A stretch of DNA of 64,000 bases, taken from NCBI RefSeq assembly GCF_002995495.1, contig NZ_PVZV01000009.1:106888-170887 (forward strand), given 5' to 3'. The position numbers and the translations under genes were made by a program. This document shows positions 47,756-55,583 of this stretch, piece by piece. The stretch comes from Actinocorallia populi (GTDB lineage Bacteria; Actinomycetota; Actinomycetes; Streptosporangiales; Streptosporangiaceae). Each line of letters begins with the position of its first letter. Position 1 is the first letter of the stretch. The notes beneath the pieces were generated by a model that was not told the origin of the DNA, did no database searches, and worked only from the letters and a program-made list of their open reading frames with translations.

Positions 47756-48045
47756 CCGGCCTACCGCGTGGGTGAAGCCGGGGTCCGGGGTGCGCCGTCT
47801 TTCGAGGCGCGGCTTTCTGCTGTTGTTCTCAGGCCCGAGGGCCTCTCTGAATGGCCGGACACCGGCCTATCGCGTGGGTGAAGCCGGGGTCCGGGGTGCG
47901 CCGTCTTTCGAGGCGCGGCTTTCTGCTGTTGTTCTCAGATCCGGGGAGTCCCTGAGCGGTCCGGCATCGGCTCGCCGTGCAGTGAAACCGGTGACCGGGC
48001 GGGATGCGCTGTCTACGAGGCGGGCTTCTCGACCGATCCTCGCCG
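47756..48045. repeat. Intergenic tandem repeat, two near-identical 77-bp copies with 106-bp period plus a degenerate third copy
   Basis: CCGGCCTA(C/T)CGCGTGGGTGAAGCCGGGGTCCGGGGTGCGCCGTCTTTCGAGGCGCGGCTTTCTGCTGTTGTTCTCAG occurs at 47756-47832 and 47862-47938. A diverged third unit lies at about 47990-48045. Confidence 0.7.
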
Positions 48046-48142
48046 AACCGATGCGCGAGTCCTCGACGATGCCCAAGAGGGCGTTCCGGCGGTGGCGCAG
48101 ATGTCGCCGTGGCCGGGGATCATCGGGGAGCGGCCGGTTTTC

Positions 48143-48511
48143 TCAGCCGGTCTTCTCGCGCGGGGCGAAGTGAGGGTTCTCGATGACGCCGAAGACGGTG
48201 CCCTGGGGAGTGAGGACGGTGGCGACGCGAATGCCGCCGCCGACGTCGCGTACCGGGCCGTGCTCGGTGGCGCCGTGCTCCAGGAGGCGGGCCAGGGCGG
48301 TGCCGATGTCGGGGACGCCCCAGTAGGTGATGGGGGTGTCGCCGCCGAGCAGGTGGGGCGGCTGCAGGGCGAGCTCGTATCCGCCGACGTCGAAACCGAC
48401 GTAGTAGGGCTCCTCGAAGTAGGGGGCGAAACCGAGGAGGCGGGTGTACCACTCCGTCGCCGCCGCGAGGTCGGCGGCGGGGTAGACGATCGTGCGGAGG
48501 CCGAGGAGCAC
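48143..48511 (-). CDS. VOC (glyoxalase-fold) family protein, start codon uncertain
   Basis: …LLGLRTIVYPAADLAAATEWYTRLLGFAPYFEEPYYVGFDVGGYELAL… is the conserved small actinobacterial VOC pattern. There is no in-frame ATG; the GTG at 48511 is chosen. An out-of-frame ATG (MSFSFKTVDTPAWE…) sits just upstream. Confidence 0.55.
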   Translation of the reverse strand: MLLGLRTIVYPAADLAAATEWYTRLLGFAPYFEEPYYVGFDVGGYELALQPPHLLGGDTPITYWGVPDIGTALARLLEHGATEHGPVRDVGGGIRVATVLTPQGTVFGVIENPHFAPREKTG

Positions 48512-48822
48512 CGTGAGTTCCTTCGTCGTGCGGGTGAAGTGCGCCCAGTTTCCCAGGCCGGCGTATCCACCGTCTTGAACGAAAAAGACATGGTGAAGCC
48601 GCTGGGCGCGAGAAGCGCGATGAGGCCGGGTGGCGAAGCGGACGAGCGCGCGGGGATGCGGGGCGTAAGGCGAGGTGGCGCGCGTGTGGGGTGGTGCGAG
48701 TAAGGGGGTGGGTGCGCGGTGATGAGGCGGACGGGTGTGCGAGAAGGCGAGGTGGCGCACGTGTGGGTGCTGTGAGAAGCACGGTGGGGCGGGTGGAGCG
48801 GTGGTTTCGGTGGGTGCATGAC

Positions 48823-48852
48823 GAAGGCGGCCTCCGGGGAGAGGCCGCCTTC
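48823..48852 (-). terminator. Hairpin downstream of the DivIVA-domain gene
   Basis: gaaggcggcctc-cgggga-gaggccgccttc forms a perfect 12-bp stem about 50 nt after the stop on the minus strand. It is flanked by a (GGGTGCC)x3 microrepeat. Confidence 0.5.
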
Positions 48853-48901
48853 GTGAGAGCGACTGATCGTCGGGTGCCGGGTGCCGGGTGCCGGGGCCGG
48901 G

Positions 48902-49972
48902 TCAGAGCACGGGGTCGGACGGCGGGGTGGGGGCCGGGATCTGGGCGGGGATGGGGTCGTCGTCGGTGGCGTAGGGGGACGACGGGGCGGGACTCAGGGG
49001 CTTCACCGGCTTGACGGGGTCGGTGGTGGGGCCGGAGATGCCGGAGATGCCGGAGGCGGCCAGGGAGGGGGAGGCGGGGGCCGCGGGGACCGGCGGGGTC
49101 GCGGACGCGGAGGCCACCGAGGGGGCCGAGGAGAGCGCGGAAGAGGGCGAGGAGGACGACGAGGACGACGACGGGGACGTCGGGGTGGCGGGGGTGGCGG
49201 GCGGCATCGAGGCGGAGGTGCTCGCCGCGGGGGCGGGCGCGCCAGCGGGGCGGGCGTGCTTGCGCGGCGGGAGCTTGCCGGCGGCGTCCTCGACCATCTT
49301 CTCCAGGGGGCCAGCCTCGTTCTCGGCGCGCAGCAGGGCGCTGAGGGTGTGGCTGATCTCGGTGAGGCGCTGCAGCGCGTTGGAGTGGTTCTTGGTGACG
49401 TGGTCGAGGCGTTCGGTGGCGTCCTCGTTGATGACGCTGGCGCGGCGCTCGGCCTGGGTGAGGGTGCGCTCGGCTTCCAGACGCGCCCCGGTCACGGTCT
49501 GCTCGGCTTCGTGCTTGGCGGCGGTGAGCACCTTCTCGGACTCGTTCTTGGCCGCGTTGAGCACCTGGGCCGCCTTCTCCTGCGCGGCGGCGACGTCCCG
49601 CTCGGCCTGCCCCCTGGCCTCGTCGATGATGCGCTTGGACTCGCGGTCGGCGTCACCGCGGATCTGCTGCCCGGTGCGCTCGGCGTCGGCGACCTTCTCC
49701 TTGGCCTCGTCCTCGGCCAGGTTGATGATCTGGCGGAGCCGCTCGCTGAGGTCGTCCCCGGTGGGGCGGCGCGCCTCGCGCACCTCCACCATCTCCCTGC
49801 GGGTGCGCTCCACATCGTCCAGGGCCCGCTGCAGCCGGGCCTCGAGGTCCCGGATCTGGTTCTGGTAGCGGATGATCATCTCGTCGACCTGACGGCGGTT
49901 GTAGCCGCGCATCACGATCTCGAACTGCTCTTCTTTGAGGAGGTTGGGAAGGATCTCTGCTTCGTTGCTCAT
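48902..49972 (-). CDS. DivIVA-domain protein with coiled-coil and Ser/Pro/Ala-rich C-terminal tail
   Basis: N-terminal DivIVA motif (…EEQFEIVMRGYNRRQVDEMI…), a long coiled-coil, then low-complexity PAPAASTSAS…SSSSSSSP. Confidence 0.75.
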   Translation of the reverse strand: MSNEAEILPNLLKEEQFEIVMRGYNRRQVDEMIIRYQNQIRDLEARLQRALDDVERTRREMVEVREARRPTGDDLSERLRQIINLAEDEAKEKVADAERTGQQIRGDADRESKRIIDEARGQAERDVAAAQEKAAQVLNAAKNESEKVLTAAKHEAEQTVTGARLEAERTLTQAERRASVINEDATERLDHVTKNHSNALQRLTEISHTLSALLRAENEAGPLEKMVEDAAGKLPPRKHARPAGAPAPAASTSASMPPATPATPTSPSSSSSSSSPSSALSSAPSVASASATPPVPAAPASPSLAASGISGISGPTTDPVKPVKPLSPAPSSPYATDDDPIPAQIPAPTPPSDPVL

Positions 49973-50185
49973 GGTGCCTAAGGGGTCGGCCCCGTGACCG
50001 GGGGGCTGCTGATGGTTCAGAAGGGGCAGGGGTGGACCCCTGATTGCGGGACGTCAGACCCGACTCTGGTCCGGTCCGGCCTGATCGCGCAACCGGAACG
50101 ACGGTTCTCGCGAGAATTAGGCAGGTGTCCGTTCACGTCGATCCCGGCCGAGACGCCGCCGCCTCAAAGAGACAGAATACGGTTC

Positions 50186-50707
50186 ATGACGTTCTTGGGC
50201 GCACTTGGCGCATACCAGCCCGAAGTTCACCCCACCGCGTGGATCGCCCCGGGCGCCGTGGTGGTCGGCAAGGTCACCCTCGGCCGCGACTCCAGCGTCT
50301 GGTACGGCTCGGTCCTGCGGGCCGACGAGGAGGAGGTGATCGTCGGAGACGGGTGCAACATCCAGGACCTGTCGTGCATCCACGCCGACCCGGGCCTGCC
50401 CACCGTCCTGGAGGACGGGGTCACGCTCGGGCACAAGGCGATGGTCCACGGCGCGCACGTCGAGACCGGCTCGCTCATCGGCATCGGCGCGATCGTGCTC
50501 AACGGCGCGCGGATCGGGGCGCGCACCCTGGTGGCCGCCGGTGCCCTGGTCACCCCCGGCAAGCAGTTCCCCTCCGGGGTGCTGGTCGCCGGCGCGCCCG
50601 CGAAGATCAAGCGGGAGCTGAACGACGACGACCTGGCCGGTCTCGAACTCACCGCCGCCGCCTACGTGCAGAAGGCCAAGCAGCACGCCCAGGCCGAGTG
50701 GAGATGA
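50186..50707 (+). CDS. Gamma-class carbonic anhydrase family protein (hexapeptide-repeat, YrdA/PaaY-like)
   Basis: Left-handed beta-helix repeats (…VVVGKVTLGRDSSVWYGSVLRAD…IGIGAIVLNGARIGARTLVAAGALV…). Confidence 0.8.
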   Translation: MTFLGALGAYQPEVHPTAWIAPGAVVVGKVTLGRDSSVWYGSVLRADEEEVIVGDGCNIQDLSCIHADPGLPTVLEDGVTLGHKAMVHGAHVETGSLIGIGAIVLNGARIGARTLVAAGALVTPGKQFPSGVLVAGAPAKIKRELNDDDLAGLELTAAAYVQKAKQHAQAEWR

Positions 50708-50742
50708 CCGGCCGGACCCTCGGGAGCCGGCCGGGCCGCCGG

Positions 50743-50945
50743 TAACGCACGCCCGACGGTGCGCTGCCGGCGGCCGAACGCACGTCGGCGTGCTGAACGG
50801 TCCACGCGAAACGCACGCCTGACGGCAGGCTGCCGGTGGCCGAACGCGTGCTGGCGCGTGCCGGTCGGTTCACCGCAGAACGCGTCTGGCGGCGTGCTGC
50901 CGGTGGCCGAACGCGCGTTGGCGCGCGCTGAACGGTCCACTGCAG
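50743..50945. repeat. Three tandem 67-69-bp repeats immediately upstream of the giant CbxX-type ATPase gene
   Basis: Units AACGCaCGcc.GaCGG…CTGCCGGtGGCCGAACGCgcGt.GGCGcGtGCtGaaCGGtcCAC.GCAG at 50743-50809, 50810-50878 and 50879-50945. Each unit has an internal inverted repeat (for example gcacgcccgacg…cgtcggcgtgc). Confidence 0.7.
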
Positions 50946-50969
50946 AACCGGGTCAATTACCATGACCGG

Positions 50970-53900
50970 GTGGCATGGGGACCGAGTGACTCGCGGCAGG
51001 AAGACCTCTTCGACGCCGCCGAGCGCGAGATCAAGGCGGTGGTCTCCGCGAGCTGGTGGCCCACCGCACGGGCCGAGCAGCGCGAACACGCCGTCGCCGG
51101 ACGTGTCGTCGAGCTGCCCGACGCCACCCAGTGGCTCTTCGGCGCCTGGGCGCGCTGGTACCGCAAGCACCCGGGCGACAACCAGTGGTACCTGTGCCCG
51201 CCGCCGTACGCCACGTCCGTCCGGCGGTCGGGCAAGACCGCGGCGGCCGTGTCCGGGCTGCCCCCGCACGTGATCCCGCTCGGGCCCGACTTCGAGGTCA
51301 CCGCGCCCGCCGCGCTGCCGTTCTTCGGCGCCGACCTGGCGCCGCTGACCGCTCGGGTCCGCGCCACCGTCGAGTCGGCGGCGTCGCTGCCGCCCGGCGA
51401 CTTCCCCCGGCCGGAGAACCCGCCGCGCTGGCTGGCCGACTTCTCCCCGGACGCGCCCAACACGGTGGCGGCCTGCTGGGGCGTGATGCTCTGGTGCGCC
51501 TCGGCCCCCGTCTTCGACGCGCAGCGGGACGCCGACCTGCTCGCCCTCTGGGAGCCCTACCGCGCCGCCGCGCTGCCCCGCATCGAGGGGCCGCGCTGGC
51601 TGACCCCGCCGACGCTGGAGGATCTCGTCTCCCTGTACGCCGAGCGGCTGCGCGCGCACAACGTCCAGTCCGCGGTGGTGATCCTGCGGACCATGTGGGC
51701 GACGGCCTCCGCGCTGCGCGACGAGCCCCGGTTCACCGCCCGCGCCGACGCGCTGCTGGCCATCCTCAACGTCACGCTCGCCGACCCGCAGCAGGACTAC
51801 GGCGCGCTGCCGCACGGCGACGCGGCCGTCGCCCAGCTGTGGGTCACCCGCTGCCCGCCGAACCTCAGTCCGGGCCTGCGCGCCGAGAGCTCGCCGGGCG
51901 ACGGGTTCCGGCACCTCTTCTACGACCTGGCCCGCTGCCTGGCGCCGGCGGCGGGGGAGCCGGGCGGGCCCACGTTCGTGGAGCCCCGGCTGATCGCCGC
52001 CGCGCTGCTCGCCGCCGACCTGGCGATCGTCCGCCAGGACCTGGTCGCCGAGGTCACCCGCTGGCTGGACCCGGAGATCCGGTACACCGTCCAGGCGATG
52101 ATCGCCCAGCCGGGCCACCCGCTGCGCCGCCGCTTCTGGCCGATCGACCAGCGGCTGCCGCCGCAGCTGCGCGACGGGGCCTCGGGCAACGGCGAGGAAC
52201 TGCTGGCCGTCCTGTACGCGGTGGCGCTGGGCTGGTGCCGGCTCGGCGGCGGCATCCCCGCCCGGCCGCGCGGCTTCCCCGCGCCGGTCGCGGTGCTGGC
52301 CGAGCTGGTCGGGCTGGAGCGGGCCACCGCCACCACCCCGGCCGCCCCGCCGCCCCCGCCCCAGCAGTGGGGGGCGCCGCCTCAGCAGGGCGCGCCCCAG
52401 CAGGGCGCGCCGTTCCAGCCGGGCGCGTCCCAGCAGGGCGCGCCGCTTCAGCCGGGTATGCCCCAGCCGGGGGCGCCCCAGCAGGGCGAACCACCTCAGC
52501 CCGGCATGCCCCAGCCGGGCACGCCGTTCCAGCAGGGCGCTCCCCAGCCGGGCGCGTCCCAGCAGGGCGCACCGCAGCAGTGGGGGCCGCCCCAGCAGCC
52601 GCACGTCCCGCCGGGCGCCCAGGGCGGGCAGCAGCCCGCTCAGGGGCAGCCGTGGGGCACCCAGCCGCACCAGCGCACCGCCCGTGCCGAGTTCGGCCCG
52701 GACGGGCAGCTCATCCTGCCCGGCCAGGACGCCCGGCCGGCCGAGCCGGGAGCACAGGGCGAGCAGGCGCAGTTCGGCCAGCCGGGCGCGCCGTACCAGA
52801 CGGGCTCCCGGCGTCCGGCGGCCCAGCGGGGCCCCACCGCCGACGAGCTGGCCCAGCAGGCGGGCAAGGCGTTCGGCAAGGCCTGGGAGCGCGCCCGCAA
52901 GCTCGGCGGACGGCTGCTGGGCGGCGGGCCGCAGGCCGACGTGCACTCCACCGGGCCGCTGGGCTTCGACCAGCCGGACGGCCCCCGCCAGCCGCCGATG
53001 CCCTCACCCGCCGGAGCCGACCCCGGCCAGGGCGGGCAGCAGGCGCCCGAGCACGGCACCCGTGTCATGTCCGGGACGATGGTCGGCAACTTCCTGGACT
53101 ACGCGCCGGTGCCGTCCCGGCCCGTCGACGACATCGCCCCGCCCGCGCGGTCGCCCGGCGAGGTGCCGACGGTGACCCGGCGCGGCGTCACGTTCGTGTA
53201 CGGGGCCGAGGACGACGCCGCGGCCTTCCTCGACGCCCTGCCGGTCCCCGGCATCGCCCTGGACGCCACCCAGGTCGCCGCGCGGCCCGGTCCGAACCCC
53301 CGGGCGCCCCAGGCCCCGGCCACGATGCTGGACCAGAGCGCCGCGGCCCTGCTGGAGGCCTCAGGTGCCCCGGCGTCGTTCGACCCGCGCGCCACGATGC
53401 TCGATCCGGGCACGGGAGGCGCCGTCGAGGGCCCGACGCAACCCGACCAGGGCCAGGGCTTCGACCCGCGCGCCACGATGCTCGACCCGTCGGGCGGCCG
53501 CCCGGTGGACTCCAACGCCACGCGGCTCGACCAGGGCGCCGGGCAGCCGGCCGGCCAGGACGCCGCCCGCCCGGTGGATCCGGACGCCACGCTGCTGGAC
53601 CAGGGCGCGGGGCGTCCGGTGGACTCCAACGCCACGCTGCTCGATCAGGGCGCGGGGCGTCCGGTGGACCCGAACGCCACGCTGCTGGACCAGGGCGGCG
53701 CCCGTCCCGCCGACCCGTACGCCACGATGCTCGACGGCGGCGCGGCGGCCGGTCCCGCCGCGGGCCCGGCGGCGGTCTCGGTGCTGCTGGTGGGCGCCCC
53801 GCACACCGGCCAGCGCCGGTTCGCCCGGATGATCGCGGGGATCGTCGGCGACGGGCAGCTGCGCGTCATCGACGCCGAGGAGCTGCGCGGCCTGGCGCTG

Positions 53901-55196
53901 GAGCGGCTGGCGACGCTGTTCGACGAGGGCGGCCAGGGCGCGCCCACCCTGCTGCTGGAGCGGCTGGACGCGGCGGTCCTGGACGCCGCCGACCCGCAGG
54001 TCTTCCTGCGGACGCTGCGCACGGTGCGGGCCAGGGCGCGCGTTCCGATGGTCACCACCTGCGACCCGCGCTCGTTCCGGCGCTTCGCCCAGGAGCACCC
54101 GGAGCTGGAGCGCGTCTTCCGGGTCTTCCACCTGCCGGAGCTGCGCGACGTCGAGGAGCGCGTCACCCTGCTGCGGGTGCTGGCCGACGAGCGGCGCGCC
54201 TCGCTGGACACCGTCGCCTGGGACGCGGCGCGCGAGGACCTCACCCGGCTGCGCGGCCCCGGCGACCTGACCGGCGCCCGGCTCGTCGAGGCCTACCTGG
54301 ACCGGGCCTACCAGCGCGCGCTGGGCCGGGGCGGCGGCGCCAGGGACAGGGTCGTGCTCCAGTCCGCGGACTTCGCGGGCGTGCCCGAGACGATCGAGCC
54401 CGCGCTGCGGCCCGCCGGGGACGTGGACGGCTATCTGGACACCCTGCACCAGATGATCGGCCTGGTGGAGGTCAAGGCCGAGGTGGACCGGCTGGCCGCC
54501 GAGGCCGACGCACCGGTCAACCTGGTCTTCGAGGGGCCGCCGGGAACGGGCAAGGCCACCGTCGCCGGGATCGTCGGCGGCATCTTCGGCGCGCTGGGGG
54601 TGCTGCCGTCCGGGCACCTCATCCAGTGCCGTCCCGAGCACCTGCTGGGCCGCGACGGGCTGGAGACGGAGCTGCGCACCGCCGCGATGGTGCAGCAGGC
54701 CGAGGGCGGCCTGCTCCTGGTGCAGCAGGCCGAGGCGCTCACCCCCGAGGCGGTCGCGGAGCTGTTCCGCGGCTTCCGCGACCACCCGTACCAGCTGGTG
54801 CTGGCCGGCCGCGACCTCGGCGGCTTCCTGCGCGCCAACCCCGACATCGAGGCGACCTTCCTGAAGCTGGACTTCACCCCGCCGACCGACAGGGAGCTGG
54901 TGCAGCTGTTCGTCAAGCTCGCGGAGGCCAAGCTGTACGTGGTGGAGGAGGAGCTGCGGGTCGAGCTGATGACCCGGATCGCGGGGCTGCGGGAGAACGA
55001 GAACTTCGCCTACGGGCGGACGGTCCACCAGTGGTTCGACGAGACGGTGGCGCGCCAGGCCAGGCGGCTGGCCGGCCTGGTCGGCGCGGACGCCATGACG
55101 GCGGCCCGGCTGACCACCCGCGACCTGCCGGAGTCCAACCTGGAGCGCGTGCTGGGCGACCTCAACCAGACGCTGAGGGGCGGCCCGGAGCACTGA
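50970..55196 (+). CDS. Giant (1408 aa) protein: novel N-terminal domain, Pro/Gln-rich linker, 18-aa tandem repeats, two CbxX/CfxQ-type AAA modules (EccA/SpoVK-like)
   Basis: The second AAA module has a canonical Walker A (VFEGPPGTGKATVAGIV) and CbxX-like context (…LHQMIGLVEVKAEVDRL…). The first module is degenerate (VLLVGAPHTGQRRFARMIAGIV). Residues about 450-620 are PQQGAP low complexity, and about 800-930 hold the (A/N)ATMLDQGAGRPVD repeats. A GTG start is used. The overlapping alternate-frame ORF 51056..55264 is rejected. Confidence 0.75.
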   Translation: MAWGPSDSRQEDLFDAAEREIKAVVSASWWPTARAEQREHAVAGRVVELPDATQWLFGAWARWYRKHPGDNQWYLCPPPYATSVRRSGKTAAAVSGLPPHVIPLGPDFEVTAPAALPFFGADLAPLTARVRATVESAASLPPGDFPRPENPPRWLADFSPDAPNTVAACWGVMLWCASAPVFDAQRDADLLALWEPYRAAALPRIEGPRWLTPPTLEDLVSLYAERLRAHNVQSAVVILRTMWATASALRDEPRFTARADALLAILNVTLADPQQDYGALPHGDAAVAQLWVTRCPPNLSPGLRAESSPGDGFRHLFYDLARCLAPAAGEPGGPTFVEPRLIAAALLAADLAIVRQDLVAEVTRWLDPEIRYTVQAMIAQPGHPLRRRFWPIDQRLPPQLRDGASGNGEELLAVLYAVALGWCRLGGGIPARPRGFPAPVAVLAELVGLERATATTPAAPPPPPQQWGAPPQQGAPQQGAPFQPGASQQGAPLQPGMPQPGAPQQGEPPQPGMPQPGTPFQQGAPQPGASQQGAPQQWGPPQQPHVPPGAQGGQQPAQGQPWGTQPHQRTARAEFGPDGQLILPGQDARPAEPGAQGEQAQFGQPGAPYQTGSRRPAAQRGPTADELAQQAGKAFGKAWERARKLGGRLLGGGPQADVHSTGPLGFDQPDGPRQPPMPSPAGADPGQGGQQAPEHGTRVMSGTMVGNFLDYAPVPSRPVDDIAPPARSPGEVPTVTRRGVTFVYGAEDDAAAFLDALPVPGIALDATQVAARPGPNPRAPQAPATMLDQSAAALLEASGAPASFDPRATMLDPGTGGAVEGPTQPDQGQGFDPRATMLDPSGGRPVDSNATRLDQGAGQPAGQDAARPVDPDATLLDQGAGRPVDSNATLLDQGAGRPVDPNATLLDQGGARPADPYATMLDGGAAAGPAAGPAAVSVLLVGAPHTGQRRFARMIAGIVGDGQLRVIDAEELRGLALERLATLFDEGGQGAPTLLLERLDAAVLDAADPQVFLRTLRTVRARARVPMVTTCDPRSFRRFAQEHPELERVFRVFHLPELRDVEERVTLLRVLADERRASLDTVAWDAAREDLTRLRGPGDLTGARLVEAYLDRAYQRALGRGGGARDRVVLQSADFAGVPETIEPALRPAGDVDGYLDTLHQMIGLVEVKAEVDRLAAEADAPVNLVFEGPPGTGKATVAGIVGGIFGALGVLPSGHLIQCRPEHLLGRDGLETELRTAAMVQQAEGGLLLVQQAEALTPEAVAELFRGFRDHPYQLVLAGRDLGGFLRANPDIEATFLKLDFTPPTDRELVQLFVKLAEAKLYVVEEELRVELMTRIAGLRENENFAYGRTVHQWFDETVARQARRLAGLVGADAMTAARLTTRDLPESNLERVLGDLNQTLRGGPEH

Positions 55197-55347
55197 CGGT
55201 TCCGGGTGGTCCCGCGACCCCCGTTCCGGGTGGCTCCGCGCCGTTCCGGATAGTCCTCAGGTAGCCCTCATGGGTCATGGGCACCTTTGCGACCGGCCAG
55301 TAGCCTGTACGCGGGTGTTGTGGGGCCGGATGAACGGAGGTTGACGC

Positions 55348-55512
55348 GTGCGCCTTTCGGAACTCGATCGACGTCTGCACGACGACGTGGCACTCGGTGA
55401 GATCGAACTCTACGCCGAGCTGCTGAGCGCGGTCGCGACCGCGGAGCGCTCGCTCACCGCGGCGGAGATCGACATCGTCCTCGGAGTGAGCCCTGAGCCG
55501 GTCTATGACTGA
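55348..55512 (+). CDS. Possible small protein (54 aa), not in the ORF track
   Basis: GTG start preceded by GGAGG at ideal spacing (aacGGAGGttgacgcGTG). Reads VRLSELDRRLHDDVALGEIELYAELLSAVATAERSLTAAEIDIVLGVSPEPVYD*. Codon usage is GC3-rich like the neighbouring genes. Confidence 0.35.
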   Translation: MRLSELDRRLHDDVALGEIELYAELLSAVATAERSLTAAEIDIVLGVSPEPVYD

Positions 55513-55583
55513 CCGGCGCCGAACATGCCAGAAGCCCGTCCGGTGGACCGGACGGGCTTCTGCGTCTGGTGTCGCGCGGTGCC

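Noticed and set aside
45632-47775. 680-aa minus ORF and alternate-frame plus ORFs (46138..47043, 47059..47775) over the two-component genes
   Set aside because: Antisense and alternate frames. The HK and RR frames have canonical motifs.
48013-49981. ORFs 48013..48819 and 48120..48782 on the minus strand, 48092..48703 and 48881..49981 on the plus strand
   Set aside because: Pro/Arg/Gly-rich alternate or antisense frames over the VOC and DivIVA genes. An ATG in the 48013 frame is noted under findings as a possible frameshift, but it was not adopted as a gene.
50649-52946. 765-aa minus ORF and 1402-aa plus ORF 51056..55264 overlapping the giant CbxX ATPase gene
   Set aside because: The 50970 frame carries the AAA Walker motifs and CbxX signatures and has third-position GC enrichment. 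The 51056 frame is poly-Arg/Ala/Pro noise and the minus ORF is antisense.
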